Source: an uncultured Rickettsiales bacterium
GTDB lineage: Bacteria > Pseudomonadota > Alphaproteobacteria > Rickettsiales > UBA1997
NCBI GenBank assembly: GCA_944391025.1
Contig: CALXSC010000088.1
Coordinates: 8,278 to 72,277 of the forward strand
DNA: 64,000 nt
Direction of reading: 5' to 3'
Made by a program: the position numbers and the translations under genes. How positions within the stretch are numbered: position 1 is the stretch's first letter; each line of letters begins with the position of its first letter. Below, piece after piece: positions 22,589-33,789 of the stretch. The notes beneath the pieces were generated by a model. The model did not search any database. It worked only from the letters and a program-made list of their open reading frames with translations, and was not told where the DNA came from.

Positions 22589-23596
22589 TTATTGATTATT
22601 TTTATAGTGTATTACTTCTTTTTTTAATTCTCTGAGTACATCTGTTAGACCAATCCTAGCAACACTTGAAATTAAAAAGATTTTTGTGCCTTTCTTTGCT
22701 TCTTTTTCAATCAGCTTTTTTTTCGCTTCTCTTTCTTCTTCAGGCAGCGAATCACATTTGCTCAGAGCTATAACTTCGTCCTTTTTAGCAAGAACTGGGC
22801 TATATTTTTTAAGTTCTTTTCGTATTGTTTTGTAGTCCCTAACAATATCATCGCTGTTAATATCAATTAAATGCAATAGAACACTGCACCTTTCGGTGTG
22901 TTTTAGAAACCTATCTCCAAGACCCCTGCCCTCACTTGCACCTTCAATTAAACCGGGCAAATCAGCGATAACAAAATTATAGTCATCAATACTAACTACG
23001 CCAAGCTGTGGTTCTAGAGTAGTAAAAGGATAGTCTGCAATTTTAGGTTTAGCCTTAGTAACAACAGAAAGAAAAGTAGATTTTCCAGCATTAGGCAAAC
23101 CAATTAAACCAACATCAGACAATATCTTTAATTTAAGAAACAAAGTAAATTCTTGACCTTCCTGTCCAGGATTTGCTCTTCTAGGCGCTTGATTAACAGA
23201 AGATTTAAAATATGTATTTCCAAATCCGCCATTTCCACCCTTTGCTATAATAACTTCCTGTCCAACCTGCATAAAGTCAATCCTAGCTTCCTCCTCATCA
23301 TCAAAGTAGACCTCAGTTCCAACAGGAACATTAATTATCAAATCTTCTCCGCTTTTTCCATGGCTATTTGATCCATGTCCATTTTCACCATTTTGAGCTA
23401 TAAATTCCTTAGTATATTTAAAATCCAAAAGAGTATTCAAATTAGCAACACATCTAATTATAATATCTCCGCCTTTGCCGCCATCACCGCCATCAGGACC
23501 GCCTTTAGGTATAAATTTTTCCCTCCTAAAGCTAATTGCCCCATTGCCACCATTGCCAGCCTTGACGTATATTGTTGCTTCATCTATAAATTGCAT
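22589..23596 (-). CDS. obgE: GTPase ObgE/CgtA
   Basis: FIDEA...GGPDGGDGG, GLPNAGKST, YPFTT, DLPG. Confidence 0.98.
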   Translation of the reverse strand: MQFIDEATIYVKAGNGGNGAISFRREKFIPKGGPDGGDGGKGGDIIIRCVANLNTLLDFKYTKEFIAQNGENGHGSNSHGKSGEDLIINVPVGTEVYFDDEEEARIDFMQVGQEVIIAKGGNGGFGNTYFKSSVNQAPRRANPGQEGQEFTLFLKLKILSDVGLIGLPNAGKSTFLSVVTKAKPKIADYPFTTLEPQLGVVSIDDYNFVIADLPGLIEGASEGRGLGDRFLKHTERCSVLLHLIDINSDDIVRDYKTIRKELKKYSPVLAKKDEVIALSKCDSLPEEEREAKKKLIEKEAKKGTKIFLISSVARIGLTDVLRELKKEVIHYKNNQ

Positions 23597-23610
23597 AAAT
23601 TTTCTCAAAA

Positions 23611-23697
23611 TGGTGCCCTGAAGAGGACTTGAACCTCCAAAATCTTGCGATTACTAGCATCTGAAACTAGCGCGTCTACCAATTTCGCCATCAGGGC
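23611..23697 (-). tRNA. tRNA-Leu(CAG)
   Basis: GCCCTGA acceptor stem, anticodon arm CTAGT-TTCAGAT-GCTAG, long variable arm, GTTCAA T-loop, CCA end. Confidence 0.96.
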
Positions 23698-23807
23698 TAT
23701 TAAATATAAATAAATAATAAAAGAATATTATTTATTTTCAATATAAATTTTAATTTATGTAATAATAATAGTAAATAGTATATATCAACTATATACTATT
23801 TTCATGG

Positions 23808-24152
23808 CTATTTTCTTCCGTAGATATCTTCATACCTAACTATATCATCTTCTCCAAGATAATCACCATTTTGAACTTCAATAAAGGTTACAGGTGAATT
23901 TGTAAAATTTGACATTCTGTGTTTTTCTTTAACTGGTATATATACAACGCCATCTTTTTTTAATTTAATTTCTTTATCACCAAGGGTAACTGTACCTTCG
24001 CCCTCAACAACAACCCAATGTTCTGACCTATGGTTGTGCGATTGCAAAGAAAGCTGAGAATTTGGGTAAACAACGATTCTCTTTACCTGATATGTATCGC
24101 CTCTAACTATTGTTTGATAAGTTCCCCAAGGTCTTTCAACTATTTCTTCCAT
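23808..24152 (-). CDS. Mannose-6-phosphate isomerase type II C-terminal cupin
   Basis: RPWG, LSLQSHNHRSEHWVVV, EVQNGDYLGEDDIVRYED. Confidence 0.92.
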   Translation of the reverse strand: MEEIVERPWGTYQTIVRGDTYQVKRIVVYPNSQLSLQSHNHRSEHWVVVEGEGTVTLGDKEIKLKKDGVVYIPVKEKHRMSNFTNSPVTFIEVQNGDYLGEDDIVRYEDIYGRK

Positions 24153-24240
24153 AAAATTCTCCAATTTTTATAATATAATTATACAATATTCAAAACAAAT
24201 AAAATATCAAGAAAAATTAAACCTAATATAAAATATATTG

Positions 24241-24269
24241 TTGACAAAAGTTTTATAAGAGTATATAAT
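24241..24269 (+). promoter_or_regulatory. Perfect sigma70 promoter
   Basis: TTGACA-N17-TATAAT, then AAGGA RBS and ATG 24296. Confidence 0.85.
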
Positions 24270-24295
24270 ACCAAGGCAATCAAAAAAGGAAAAAT

Positions 24296-25465
24296 ATGGA
24301 AAGCATTCAAGAAACTTACAGCGGATTAGAAAAAGCCAATATACAACCAAAATCAATTCTCCCAGAAGTCCATACATTACGTTAAAGACATTCTGAGTTA
24401 TTAAAAACAATAAGAGAAGATTATAGGGTAAATTTTTTTAGAGAAATAGCAAAAAGTGATACAATCACAAAAGTATTCCCAAAAAAAAATACTCCTCCAA
24501 GCGTTATTTTTCCAGATGATTTTACTATAAAAGATGAACTAGAGACTTTAGAAAATCTAAGGGATAGAATTACGTTTCTAGAGAGAGCAATAAAAACTTT
24601 AGATGCAGTGCTTGAACATTTTAATGCAAAATCAGGTATAGCATGCAGTTTTTCAGAAAAAACATTGGGATCCGACCTTGGTGTAAATATAGCAGACGGA
24701 GATGGCACAATAACACACTACGGAAGGTTTATACAGGAAGTTGATGAACAGCTCAGAGCAAATGCGGTTTTTGAAATGTTGAAAGACCTATCTTTATACA
24801 GCGCTGAGATACCGGAAATTATTGGCGCAGATGATTTAAAATACTCATATACCAACGCAATTGAAGGAGAAAGCCTGCAGAGTCTCATGGTAAAATTAGG
24901 AAAAAAAGAAATTACGTTTGATAAAGCGCAAAAACAGGCATTTGCTGAATCATGTATAACCCTATTTTTGACAACTATTTGTTTAAATCTAAAAGATGCA
25001 AGAATGTGCAACATACTATTTAACAAAGAAACTGGTGAAATGAATTTTATAGACCCAATATTTCCTTGGGAGAGCAGAATCAATAGAATGGTAGACTTTA
25101 ACGATGGAGAGTATAAAGCCGCAAAATCGCCCCTATTAGCGCTATTTGATATATTTTATGCAACATCAACTGGAAATATTAAAAATGGGTCCAATACAGA
25201 AGGAAGAATGAAAAATCTATATGGCTATCTATTTAAAACCGTTGAATCAGGCCTAAAGGGTGATGGTAAAATAATTTTTCAAAAACTTGAATTAATTAAA
25301 GAAAAATTACAGAAAAATATTGAAAATCCGGCTATTGGATAATTAGTCCAAGAAATGCTTGCGAGAACAGAAAAATTAAAGCAGGTTATAGGAAATGCTC
25401 AAGAGATAGAAGACAAAAGAAATAGAAGAAACTGTGGAGTACAGATGGTTAGAAACACCCAATAA
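24296..25465 (+). pseudogene. Kinase-like (PI3K/PI4K- or HipA/CtkA-like) orphan with two in-frame TAA stops
   Basis: One frame from ATG 24296 to TAA 25463-25465, interrupted at 24383-24385 and 25340-25342; LKDARMCNIL...NFID motif. Confidence 0.6.
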
Positions 25466-25467
25466 AC

Positions 25468-25501
25468 AATATCCCTACTTTTAATTAAAAGTAGGGATAT
25501 T
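25468..25501. terminator. 34-bp perfect palindrome, bidirectional terminator
   Basis: AATATCCCTACTTTTAA|TTAAAAGTAGGGATATT between convergent genes. Confidence 0.8.
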
Positions 25502-25506
25502 TATTA

Positions 25507-27684
25507 TTAATTTTCCTCTAGGAATATCTTGAGCTTACCAGCTCTCTTTGGATGTTTTAACTTCCTTAAAGCCTTAGCTTCAATTTGCCTAATTCTTTCC
25601 CTGGTAACCGAGAATTGTTTTCCAACATCTTCCAAAGTATTGTCACTTTCCATACCAATACCAAACCTCATTCTTAGGACTCTCTCTTCTCTTGATGTTA
25701 ATCCAGAAAGCAAATTGTTCGTAATCTCCTTTAGGTTGCTGTACATAGTTGCCTTTAGAGGAGATACAGCTGATTTATCCTCTATAAAATCGCCTACCAT
25801 GCTTTCATCATCATCGCTTCCAACAGGTGATTCAAGACTAACTGGATCTCTTGCTGTCCTCAAAACCTTTCTAACCTTTTCAACTGGAATTAATAGTCTA
25901 TCGGCAATTTCCTGCGCAGTAGGGTTTCTTCCAAGTTCTTGGGTTAATTGCCTAGAAGCCTTGGAAATTTTATTGATTGTCTCAACCATATGTATTGGAA
26001 CTCTAATAGTCCTAGATTGGTCAGCTATAGCTCTTGTTATGCCCTGTCTAATCCACCAGGTTGCATATGTAGAAAATTTATAGCCCCTCTTATACTCAAA
26101 CTTATCAACGGCTCTCATTAATCCAATATTTCCTTCCTGTATCAGATCTAGGAATTGCAAACCCCTATTTGCATACTTCTTAGCTATTGAAACAACAAGC
26201 CTTAGATTAGCCTGAATCATTTCTTTTTTAGCTTTGCTTTCTTCATCTTTGCCCTCATAGACATTCTTTAGGAAGGCTCTAAAATCAGAAATGCTCAGTC
26301 CAACAACTTTAATAATTTTATTTAGTTTGGAGTTAAATTCTTCAAGTTTTGCAGAATTATTTTTATATAGATCCTGCCATTCAGATTCAGTAGAACTTTT
26401 TATATCCTCAAACCAATTTTCGTTATATCCCGGATAGCCATACATTTTCAAAAAGTCCTTTTTAGATATTCCCTCATCATCACACAATGTAAGAAATTCC
26501 TTTTCAACTTCTTCTATTTTTAACTTGGCCTTTTCAACTTCCTTTAATATTAATTGGATCAATGTATCATTCAACGGAATATCAAGCATTATCTCTATTA
26601 GTCTAGCCCTTAAAGCCGCTAATTTTTTGTCATCCTTTAGCGTTGAAATATTTGATGTATCCTTAATCAGAGCAAGTATTGATTTAACTACATCGGTAGC
26701 CTGTTCCAAAACTTTTAAAACCTTAGGCAATAGACTTCTCTCCATAGTTGAAAAAGGAGTAACGCTCTCTTCATCCTCTATATCTATTGCATCTTCATCA
26801 GAATCTAAATCTTTTTCAACGCTTAAATCCTCAACTTCATCAAATTCATCAAATTCTTCCTCCTCGTCACTAAATATTGAACTTATATCATTAGCATTGA
26901 TATTTTCCTGTTCATTTTCCTTATCAGCCTTAGAAATAGCTTCATCCAATTCACTGCTATAGGTTTCATCTATCCTTACAATATCCCTCAACAGCATTGT
27001 TCCATTTGACAATCCATTATACCAATCAATTATATATTTCATAACAAATGGAGCAGAATATATATTTTTTAAGACCTTATTCCTACCATTTTCAATCCTT
27101 ATAGCAATATTAACCTCGTCATCCCTGCTCAGCAATGGTATATTGCTCATTAATTTAAGATATGATTTAACCGGATCATTAGTATGTCTAGTTACAACAT
27201 CTTCTTTGTTGTCAGTCCCACTGCCCTGCGACATATTTGAGTCATCATTTGAATAAATTTTATTATATTCGTCAAGGTTGGTTATTAATTTAATATTTAG
27301 ATCTTCTAAAATATTATATAATTCTTCAATAGCTTCAATTTTTACAGTACTAGTTTTTAAAGCGTCATTTATTTCATCATATGTTAAAAAACCTTTTTCC
27401 TTTCCGGATAGAATTAGCTGCCTAACCTTTTTATCCTTAAGAAACTCATGATTTTCTATGTTTTTGTCATCAATTTTTAATTTAGCTAGACTCTTAGATT
27501 CAGCTTTACTAACTTTAATCTTTCTAGCCTCAGCACTTACTGGAGTTTTTTCAGAATTTTTAGACTTTTTATCCGAAGACGAAGGTTTTTTTACAACCTT
27601 TTTTTCTTTAGAATCAGCCTCCTTCAATTCTTTTTTATTTTTTTTAATATCTTTTTCTTTAATATTGGCCATTATTTTTTCCAT
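25507..27684 (-). CDS. rpoD: RNA polymerase sigma factor RpoD
   Basis: [50 protein letters not shown]. Confidence 0.99.
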   Translation of the reverse strand: MEKIMANIKEKDIKKNKKELKEADSKEKKVVKKPSSSDKKSKNSEKTPVSAEARKIKVSKAESKSLAKLKIDDKNIENHEFLKDKKVRQLILSGKEKGFLTYDEINDALKTSTVKIEAIEELYNILEDLNIKLITNLDEYNKIYSNDDSNMSQGSGTDNKEDVVTRHTNDPVKSYLKLMSNIPLLSRDDEVNIAIRIENGRNKVLKNIYSAPFVMKYIIDWYNGLSNGTMLLRDIVRIDETYSSELDEAISKADKENEQENINANDISSIFSDEEEEFDEFDEVEDLSVEKDLDSDEDAIDIEDEESVTPFSTMERSLLPKVLKVLEQATDVVKSILALIKDTSNISTLKDDKKLAALRARLIEIMLDIPLNDTLIQLILKEVEKAKLKIEEVEKEFLTLCDDEGISKKDFLKMYGYPGYNENWFEDIKSSTESEWQDLYKNNSAKLEEFNSKLNKIIKVVGLSISDFRAFLKNVYEGKDEESKAKKEMIQANLRLVVSIAKKYANRGLQFLDLIQEGNIGLMRAVDKFEYKRGYKFSTYATWWIRQGITRAIADQSRTIRVPIHMVETINKISKASRQLTQELGRNPTAQEIADRLLIPVEKVRKVLRTARDPVSLESPVGSDDDESMVGDFIEDKSAVSPLKATMYSNLKEITNNLLSGLTSREERVLRMRFGIGMESDNTLEDVGKQFSVTRERIRQIEAKALRKLKHPKRAGKLKIFLEEN

Positions 27685-27692
27685 TATTATTT

Positions 27693-29507
27693 TTATACAA
27701 AACTACTTTCAGCAAGAAAAGAACTTATTTTATCCTTTAAATTCAACAATTCTTCACCAAGCCTTTTTGCTTTTGCAATATCCCCAATTTCAGATGCTTC
27801 TTTTAAATCAAACTCTAACAACATTACTTCTTTTTCTAGCAACAGTATATTTATTATCTCTAAACTTTTTTCTTCTGTTAAACTACTAATATAAGAGTCA
27901 TTAAAAAAAATATCACTACTATTAATATAATCACCAAATTCCTTTTTTACAAGTAGTTTATTTATTTTTTTTTCATCGCTTTCAATACTACCAGAATTTA
28001 AAAATTCTTCTAAATATGAAAGTATGGAACTGCACCTATCGTTTAAAAAATTTATAGAAAAAATATCTATTCTATACTTTTTCAAGAGAGAATTTGCTAG
28101 TGTTGGAAACTTTATTAAAAGCGAGCAAATCTTTTTCTCATTTTTCTCAATTAAATCAATATTTAATTTATTTTTTATATTTTTTACTTCTTCTGTCTTT
28201 ATATCATCAGTTTCAACCTTTTTTGAAATCCTATCAAGCTTCCAAAGTTTGTTTCTATAAAATTGCTCAAAGTGGCTTTTTAACTTTAGGTCTTTTATTG
28301 TATCAAGTAGTTTCAAAATATTATTTTCCAATTGCGCTTTCTTTTCTGGAATAACTATTTGATTTTCATCAATCTCAAGAGCGCGAACTTCATTGGACCA
28401 TATATAATCAGATAGCGATATAGCTTCCTTTAAAAGGTTGTTAAATTCAACCTTTCCATACTTTCTGATAAAGTCGTCTGGGTCAACATTACTTGGCAAA
28501 AAAGCAAATTTTATGTTTTTTCCAGTAGAGATTATTGGCAAAACTAATCTGGATAATCTTTCGGACGCCTTTTGTCCAGCACTATCACCATCCAAGCAAA
28601 CAAAAATATTATCTGTAGTCTTCCATAGTTCCCTTATCTGGTTTTCAGTAATTCCTGTGCCCATAGGTGCAACAACATTTTCTATGCCATTTGTTGAAAG
28701 TGAGATTGCGTCCATATTGCCTTCAACCAATACAACATAATTCTCATCATATATTACTTTTCTTGCAAAATAATAGTTGAATAGAACATTGCCTTTTATA
28801 TATATTTTGGTCTCTGGTGAGTTCATATACTTAGGAAGGCCATCTCCAATAATTCTGCCGGTAAATGCTATAACCCTTCCTTTCTTATCAAGAACAGGAA
28901 ACATAAGCCTATTTCTAAACTTATCGTAATATTTTTTTTCGCCCTTTGCAATAACGCCGCTCTTTTCTATTATGGATTCTGCAAAGCCGATTGATTTTAA
29001 GTGATTGTTTAGCATTGAATAGTCATCCGGAGCAAAGCCAATTCTGAATTTTTTAATATTTTCTTTATTTAAACCCCTTTTTGTAGCATAGGTCAAAGCT
29101 GCCTTGCCATAGAATTTAAATAGACTTTCTTCAAAAAATTTGCATGATGCTTCGTTTACTTTATATATTAGTTCAATCTCATCAATTTCTTCTTTTTTTA
29201 CTGTTGATTTTGTTTCTAACTTTGGCAGCTGTATTCCATACATGTTAGCCAAATACTCTACAGCTTCCCTAAAATTTAGAGCCTCAGTTTCCATAACAAA
29301 ATTAAACAAATTTCCACTCTTTCCGCAACCGAAACAATGGTATATGCCTTTTATATCGCTTATTGAAAATGATGGAGTCTTCTCATGGTGAAATGGACAG
29401 CAGGCAACGTAATCTCTACCCCTCCTTTTAAGAGGTATTTTCCTACCTATTAGGTCCGAGAGAACTATAGTATTTTCCAATTCCTTAATAAAAGACTCAG
29501 GATACAT
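27693..29507 (-). CDS. dnaG: DNA primase
   Basis: [11 protein letters not shown] zinc finger, [26 protein letters not shown]. Confidence 0.98.
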   Translation of the reverse strand: MYPESFIKELENTIVLSDLIGRKIPLKRRGRDYVACCPFHHEKTPSFSISDIKGIYHCFGCGKSGNLFNFVMETEALNFREAVEYLANMYGIQLPKLETKSTVKKEEIDEIELIYKVNEASCKFFEESLFKFYGKAALTYATKRGLNKENIKKFRIGFAPDDYSMLNNHLKSIGFAESIIEKSGVIAKGEKKYYDKFRNRLMFPVLDKKGRVIAFTGRIIGDGLPKYMNSPETKIYIKGNVLFNYYFARKVIYDENYVVLVEGNMDAISLSTNGIENVVAPMGTGITENQIRELWKTTDNIFVCLDGDSAGQKASERLSRLVLPIISTGKNIKFAFLPSNVDPDDFIRKYGKVEFNNLLKEAISLSDYIWSNEVRALEIDENQIVIPEKKAQLENNILKLLDTIKDLKLKSHFEQFYRNKLWKLDRISKKVETDDIKTEEVKNIKNKLNIDLIEKNEKKICSLLIKFPTLANSLLKKYRIDIFSINFLNDRCSSILSYLEEFLNSGSIESDEKKINKLLVKKEFGDYINSSDIFFNDSYISSLTEEKSLEIINILLLEKEVMLLEFDLKEASEIGDIAKAKRLGEELLNLKDKISSFLAESSFV

Positions 29508-29604
29508 TATATGCTATATTGCTTAAATTATTTATAAAATAATCCTATAGATTTTCTTTAAAAAATCAAGATATTTAAAATAATAAATATCTTGATACAA
29601 TATC

Positions 29605-30342
29605 TTAACGATGGCATGCTGCTTCTATTGCTCTAGGATTAAATAGCATTTCACTAACTTTTCCGACAACTTTAGAAGGATCTTTAATCTTATATTTATT
29701 TATTACTCTCTCCCTAATATATTTTTCTAATTTTTCAGCCATTTCGTCATTTATAATTCTCATTCTCTTTGCGTAATCAACAAATGTTTTTAAAGATAGA
29801 ATTAAATCCGATTTCAAATCTTCAAACTCATCTTTTTCATAAAATTCTTCACTCGGAACAGAACTTTCTATAGATTTATTTTTCAATTCAACAAATTCAG
29901 AAATTGTTCTGCATATAAATTCATGCTCATACTTTGCTGTTTCATAAAACTCTTCATCAAAAACATTGGCTAAAAATTTTCTAGCAGACTTAAGATTAGG
30001 AAATTCAGATTCAACAATTTGAAAACTCTTAGGCAATAGGTCTAGGTCTTTAGCATAGTCAATAATATAATTTAGCTTTCCAATATCCAGATCAACTATC
30101 TTTTTAATGCTATTAACTAAAACATCGCCATCAATAATATCCATTTTTTTTATACTTTCAAATATAGTTTTTGCATTTTCAAATGTCATATTTTCAACTC
30201 TAGCCAATGCAGCGTTATATATTCTATGCAGAAAATTTTTATTTTCTTTATTATTCAAGTCATATTTTAATTTGTTATTTAATTTTATAATCTCAATAAT
30301 ATTATCAAAAGTTAAAGAACTTGTAGGCATAGTAATATACAT
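29605..30342 (-). CDS. Hypothetical protein; probable C-terminal part of the upstream 1097-aa ORF
   Basis: Its frame stays open upstream to ~30388, overlapping the end of the larger ORF in the -1 frame. Confidence 0.6.
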   Translation of the reverse strand: MYITMPTSSLTFDNIIEIIKLNNKLKYDLNNKENKNFLHRIYNAALARVENMTFENAKTIFESIKKMDIIDGDVLVNSIKKIVDLDIGKLNYIIDYAKDLDLLPKSFQIVESEFPNLKSARKFLANVFDEEFYETAKYEHEFICRTISEFVELKNKSIESSVPSEEFYEKDEFEDLKSDLILSLKTFVDYAKRMRIINDEMAEKLEKYIRERVINKYKIKDPSKVVGKVSEMLFNPRAIEAACHR

Positions 30343-30362
30343 AAAAACATTTCCCAGTATTT

Positions 30363-33300
30363 TTAAATTATTTGATGCAAGCCCTTTTTAATATAATAAT
30401 TGCTAATATCAATTATATCTTTAAATGATAAATTGACCATAACGTTATAGGAAATATCTTGAGTATTTCTATAAAATTCATTATCAAAGACAATTCTTCC
30501 ATTACTAGTTAGCGTATCTAAAATTGAAATTATTTTATCCTTTGTTAAGTTTTTGTAATCATCAATTTTATTTATTAACGTATGCATCACTATTAAGTCA
30601 ATCATAAATTTTGAATCAGTAGCGCCTTTAATGAATGATGAATTGCATATATTTGTATTTTTTAATTCTTCAAGCAAAGCCATCACATCTTTAAATAAAA
30701 TTGGCTCTTCTATTGAATTAATTATTTTAACATATAAATCCAGAAGACTATTCTTGCTGTTAATCTTTGACATTCTTATTAATTCTATTGCTTCTTTATA
30801 GCTCAATTCAGCAAAATTAATGCCTTCTACATCTAACAATTTAGAGATATCTATGTTTCTATGCGAAATGCAATATTCATTAAATATAGTCAATAGATAT
30901 TTTAAATCTTCAAATTCAAATACAGAATGTATACTATTTGTCTTTTTTATAATTGTCAAATAGAAATCGGGACTTGTAATTTTATATCTTTTCCCAATTC
31001 CATCAGCAAATTTTTTTAAGTCTTCAAAATTTATAAATTTAATATTTTGCAATATAATGCAAAAAAACTCATCTGGACTAAGATGTTTATTAAACTCATT
31101 ATCATATAAATAGGAAATGATAAATGGATCATTTATATTGCCTAATAGTTTGGCAATGCCAAAATATGCTTCTTTAGAATCAATATTTTTTTTCTTTAAA
31201 TATTCCAATAGACACTGAATATTAGAAAGATTTAATTCACGTCCAATCTTTCCTATTGCCGAAACAACAATTTCATTTGATAAAATATCAGATTCAATAA
31301 TTTTATTAAGAAATATTTTGATCTGCTCTATAGTAATATGTCCAGGTTTTATCATAGCTAATAATTGCAATATATAGCTTTGTTTCTGCTCAATATTTTT
31401 ATTCGCAATAAAAGATTCTTCATTAATAGAATCTATTATTTTATTAAAAATATTCTCCTCAAAATATTTATTTAACTCCATAAATTTAGAACATAATATT
31501 GAATTGCTATTGAGCCTTTTAAGAATATCATTTAGCATATCTGGAATATCATGAATAAACTCTTCAATTTCAGGTGGTATGCCTCCTCGTGTAGCTCTCA
31601 AGTTCATAAACAATGTTCTATAGAATGCGGAAATACTTTCATTTAATTCTTTAAACCTATCTACTCTGCCATAAAAGGTTTCATCAAATTTTTCTTCAGT
31701 AGCCATTTTTTTTAAATTAAGAAATATATCTTTCATCTCAGTTAATTCTAAAAGAAACTTTTTTATATCTTTAATTTCAAAGCCTTCTTCATTAATAACC
31801 TTTACAGTTTTTTCTAAACTGTCTTTTATGCTAAATGATATTCCACTAAGGTCGGCAGCTTTAATTCTTTTGTATCCATCAACCATGCCTTTATAATATT
31901 CAATGTTATAAAATCCATTTAAAAATAATTCAAAATATTTGTTTAGTATTTTTATTCCATTTCTATTAAACCTATCAATTAGAAATAAAAAACTCTCAGA
32001 ATTAAATTCATTGCAGCTAAGTATATTTAAAATTAAATCTTTATTATTTCTAAAATCGTCGTTGGTAAACCCAAGCGAGCTAATCATAAACAATATTTTA
32101 GCAAATTCCAATTCGTCAGTATCATCATCTATATTTTTTTCCAATATTTCAAGCGCATCATGGATTTTTTTATTGACAGACTCCAGTATAGATAAAATTA
32201 TATTAATCTTTTCAGTATCTTCCATGAATTTAACGCTGTAGGAGATATCCGCAAATCCTTTTAAAAAAATAGGCACTAGTAATCTATGATCAGAAAAAAT
32301 ATCTGGAGCCAGTTTTATTAAATCTAAATTATCGCTCTGATTGACAGCATCTGAGACCATAGTTAAAAATTTTACATCGCTAAGAATGTTCCTTAGAACT
32401 ATAGCAGTATCATCTTTTCTGGCATTAGCCAAATCAGCCTTTGAACTTTTAGGTTCGTAGAACTCCTTCCCTCTCAAATCATCAATAAGCCTTCCTGTTG
32501 GACTGAAAAAAAATTGCCTATAGTTATCCTGCGAGTTAAATAATTTATTCAAAGCGCTATCACCTATTTCTCCTTCAAAGGCAGCCCCTAGAATATCATT
32601 TATATCATATCCAACATATTTGCATTCACTATCTTTAGTTTTTTTATCCAATAGGGAATCATAAAGGCTTTTTACTGTTGGATTAAACAAAAACAACTTT
32701 TCCATAAAAAATACAGATTCAATGGCCCAATTTTCACAGGCACCGCTCCTATATTGCATCTTTTCATTGTGGTGATAGAAATGCGCTATATTTGGATTGT
32801 CTTTTAAATTGCGATATACTTTTTGCGGCGAGGACTCAGAAAAATTATGAAAAGCATCAAAAATAAACGCATTAGTTTCAGGCTCGCCGTTTTTATTGAT
32901 TCTTGATTCCAGCGCAAATGAGTAGTAATGTCCATGGTCCTTAACTATATAATATCTTCTTTCATTTAATCCCAAGCTAGTATCAATATTTTTTATATTT
33001 TCTGCAGTTATAAAATCTATTTTTGGTAATTTAATACCTATTTTAGATAATTCAGACAGAGTTCTGATTCTTTCATTTATCAATTCAAATCTTTCAAGTT
33101 TTTGCAAATAATCAATATATCTTCTTGAATATTCCTGCATCCTATCTATTAAACCCAATATCGCATTTTTTCCTGGATTATCAACAAAAAATAAAAGCTC
33201 AGTAAAAAATTTTATGTTTTTAGGCTCATTAGTTTCGCTTAGTTTCTGTCTAATCAAGCCAATTTGCCAAACACCATCTTTGCGGTATTCTCTATAGGCA

Positions 33301-33656
33301 CGTGCATTTTCAAGCGATTCAAGTTTGCTTTTTAGCCCATCTAGAGACTTCATATTGCTTATAATCGTAGCCTGGCTTGACCTTTTATCCAAAATAGCCT
33401 TCATACTTCCGTAAAAAGAAGCTCTGGACAATGGGCTTATGAGCTCAGCCATAGCTTTGTTTTCAGACTCTATCCAACTTCTATCGGTTAAAATATCAGG
33501 TTCAATACCTGCTTTAATGAATGATAAATTTTTTATAACCGCATCCAACTCTTCAAAATTATGTGAAAGCGCATTAATCCTTAAGGCTAGAAGGAGATCA
33601 ATTCCAATATCAGAAGGTTCATGGTCACTTTTTATAAACAAATTAGAATTATCCAT
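30363..33656 (-). CDS. Large orphan with CE-clan (Ulp1/YopJ-like) cysteine protease-like domain
   Basis: GHYYSFAL...FIFDAF...MQYRSGACENWAI (H-D-Q-C order) followed by a long helical region. Confidence 0.6.
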   Translation of the reverse strand: MDNSNLFIKSDHEPSDIGIDLLLALRINALSHNFEELDAVIKNLSFIKAGIEPDILTDRSWIESENKAMAELISPLSRASFYGSMKAILDKRSSQATIISNMKSLDGLKSKLESLENARAYREYRKDGVWQIGLIRQKLSETNEPKNIKFFTELLFFVDNPGKNAILGLIDRMQEYSRRYIDYLQKLERFELINERIRTLSELSKIGIKLPKIDFITAENIKNIDTSLGLNERRYYIVKDHGHYYSFALESRINKNGEPETNAFIFDAFHNFSESSPQKVYRNLKDNPNIAHFYHHNEKMQYRSGACENWAIESVFFMEKLFLFNPTVKSLYDSLLDKKTKDSECKYVGYDINDILGAAFEGEIGDSALNKLFNSQDNYRQFFFSPTGRLIDDLRGKEFYEPKSSKADLANARKDDTAIVLRNILSDVKFLTMVSDAVNQSDNLDLIKLAPDIFSDHRLLVPIFLKGFADISYSVKFMEDTEKINIILSILESVNKKIHDALEILEKNIDDDTDELEFAKILFMISSLGFTNDDFRNNKDLILNILSCNEFNSESFLFLIDRFNRNGIKILNKYFELFLNGFYNIEYYKGMVDGYKRIKAADLSGISFSIKDSLEKTVKVINEEGFEIKDIKKFLLELTEMKDIFLNLKKMATEEKFDETFYGRVDRFKELNESISAFYRTLFMNLRATRGGIPPEIEEFIHDIPDMLNDILKRLNSNSILCSKFMELNKYFEENIFNKIIDSINEESFIANKNIEQKQSYILQLLAMIKPGHITIEQIKIFLNKIIESDILSNEIVVSAIGKIGRELNLSNIQCLLEYLKKKNIDSKEAYFGIAKLLGNINDPFIISYLYDNEFNKHLSPDEFFCIILQNIKFINFEDLKKFADGIGKRYKITSPDFYLTIIKKTNSIHSVFEFEDLKYLLTIFNEYCISHRNIDISKLLDVEGINFAELSYKEAIELIRMSKINSKNSLLDLYVKIINSIEEPILFKDVMALLEELKNTNICNSSFIKGATDSKFMIDLIVMHTLINKIDDYKNLTKDKIISILDTLTSNGRIVFDNEFYRNTQDISYNVMVNLSFKDIIDISNYYIKKGLHQII

Positions 33657-33685
33657 ATGAGATTTTATTTTTTAATTAAATAAAT

Positions 33686-33714
33686 ATTATACACAAAAAA
33701 TCAGCTATAGTCAA
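33686..33714 (-). promoter_or_regulatory. sigma70 promoter
   Basis: TTGACT-N17-TATAAT on the minus strand upstream of ATG 33656. Confidence 0.75.
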
Positions 33715-33789
33715 TACACATATAAAAAAATAATTGAATTTTAAAATAAAATTAATACCCTATATTCTATAATATAAATTAATACAATC

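Noticed and set aside
11195-25342. Alternative genetic code or stop read-through to explain in-frame TGA/TAA codons
   Set aside because: TGA and TAA end intact genes normally here (RDD, M23 and tolQ use TGA; recA uses TAA) and housekeeping genes have no internal stops, so nonsense mutations are simpler.
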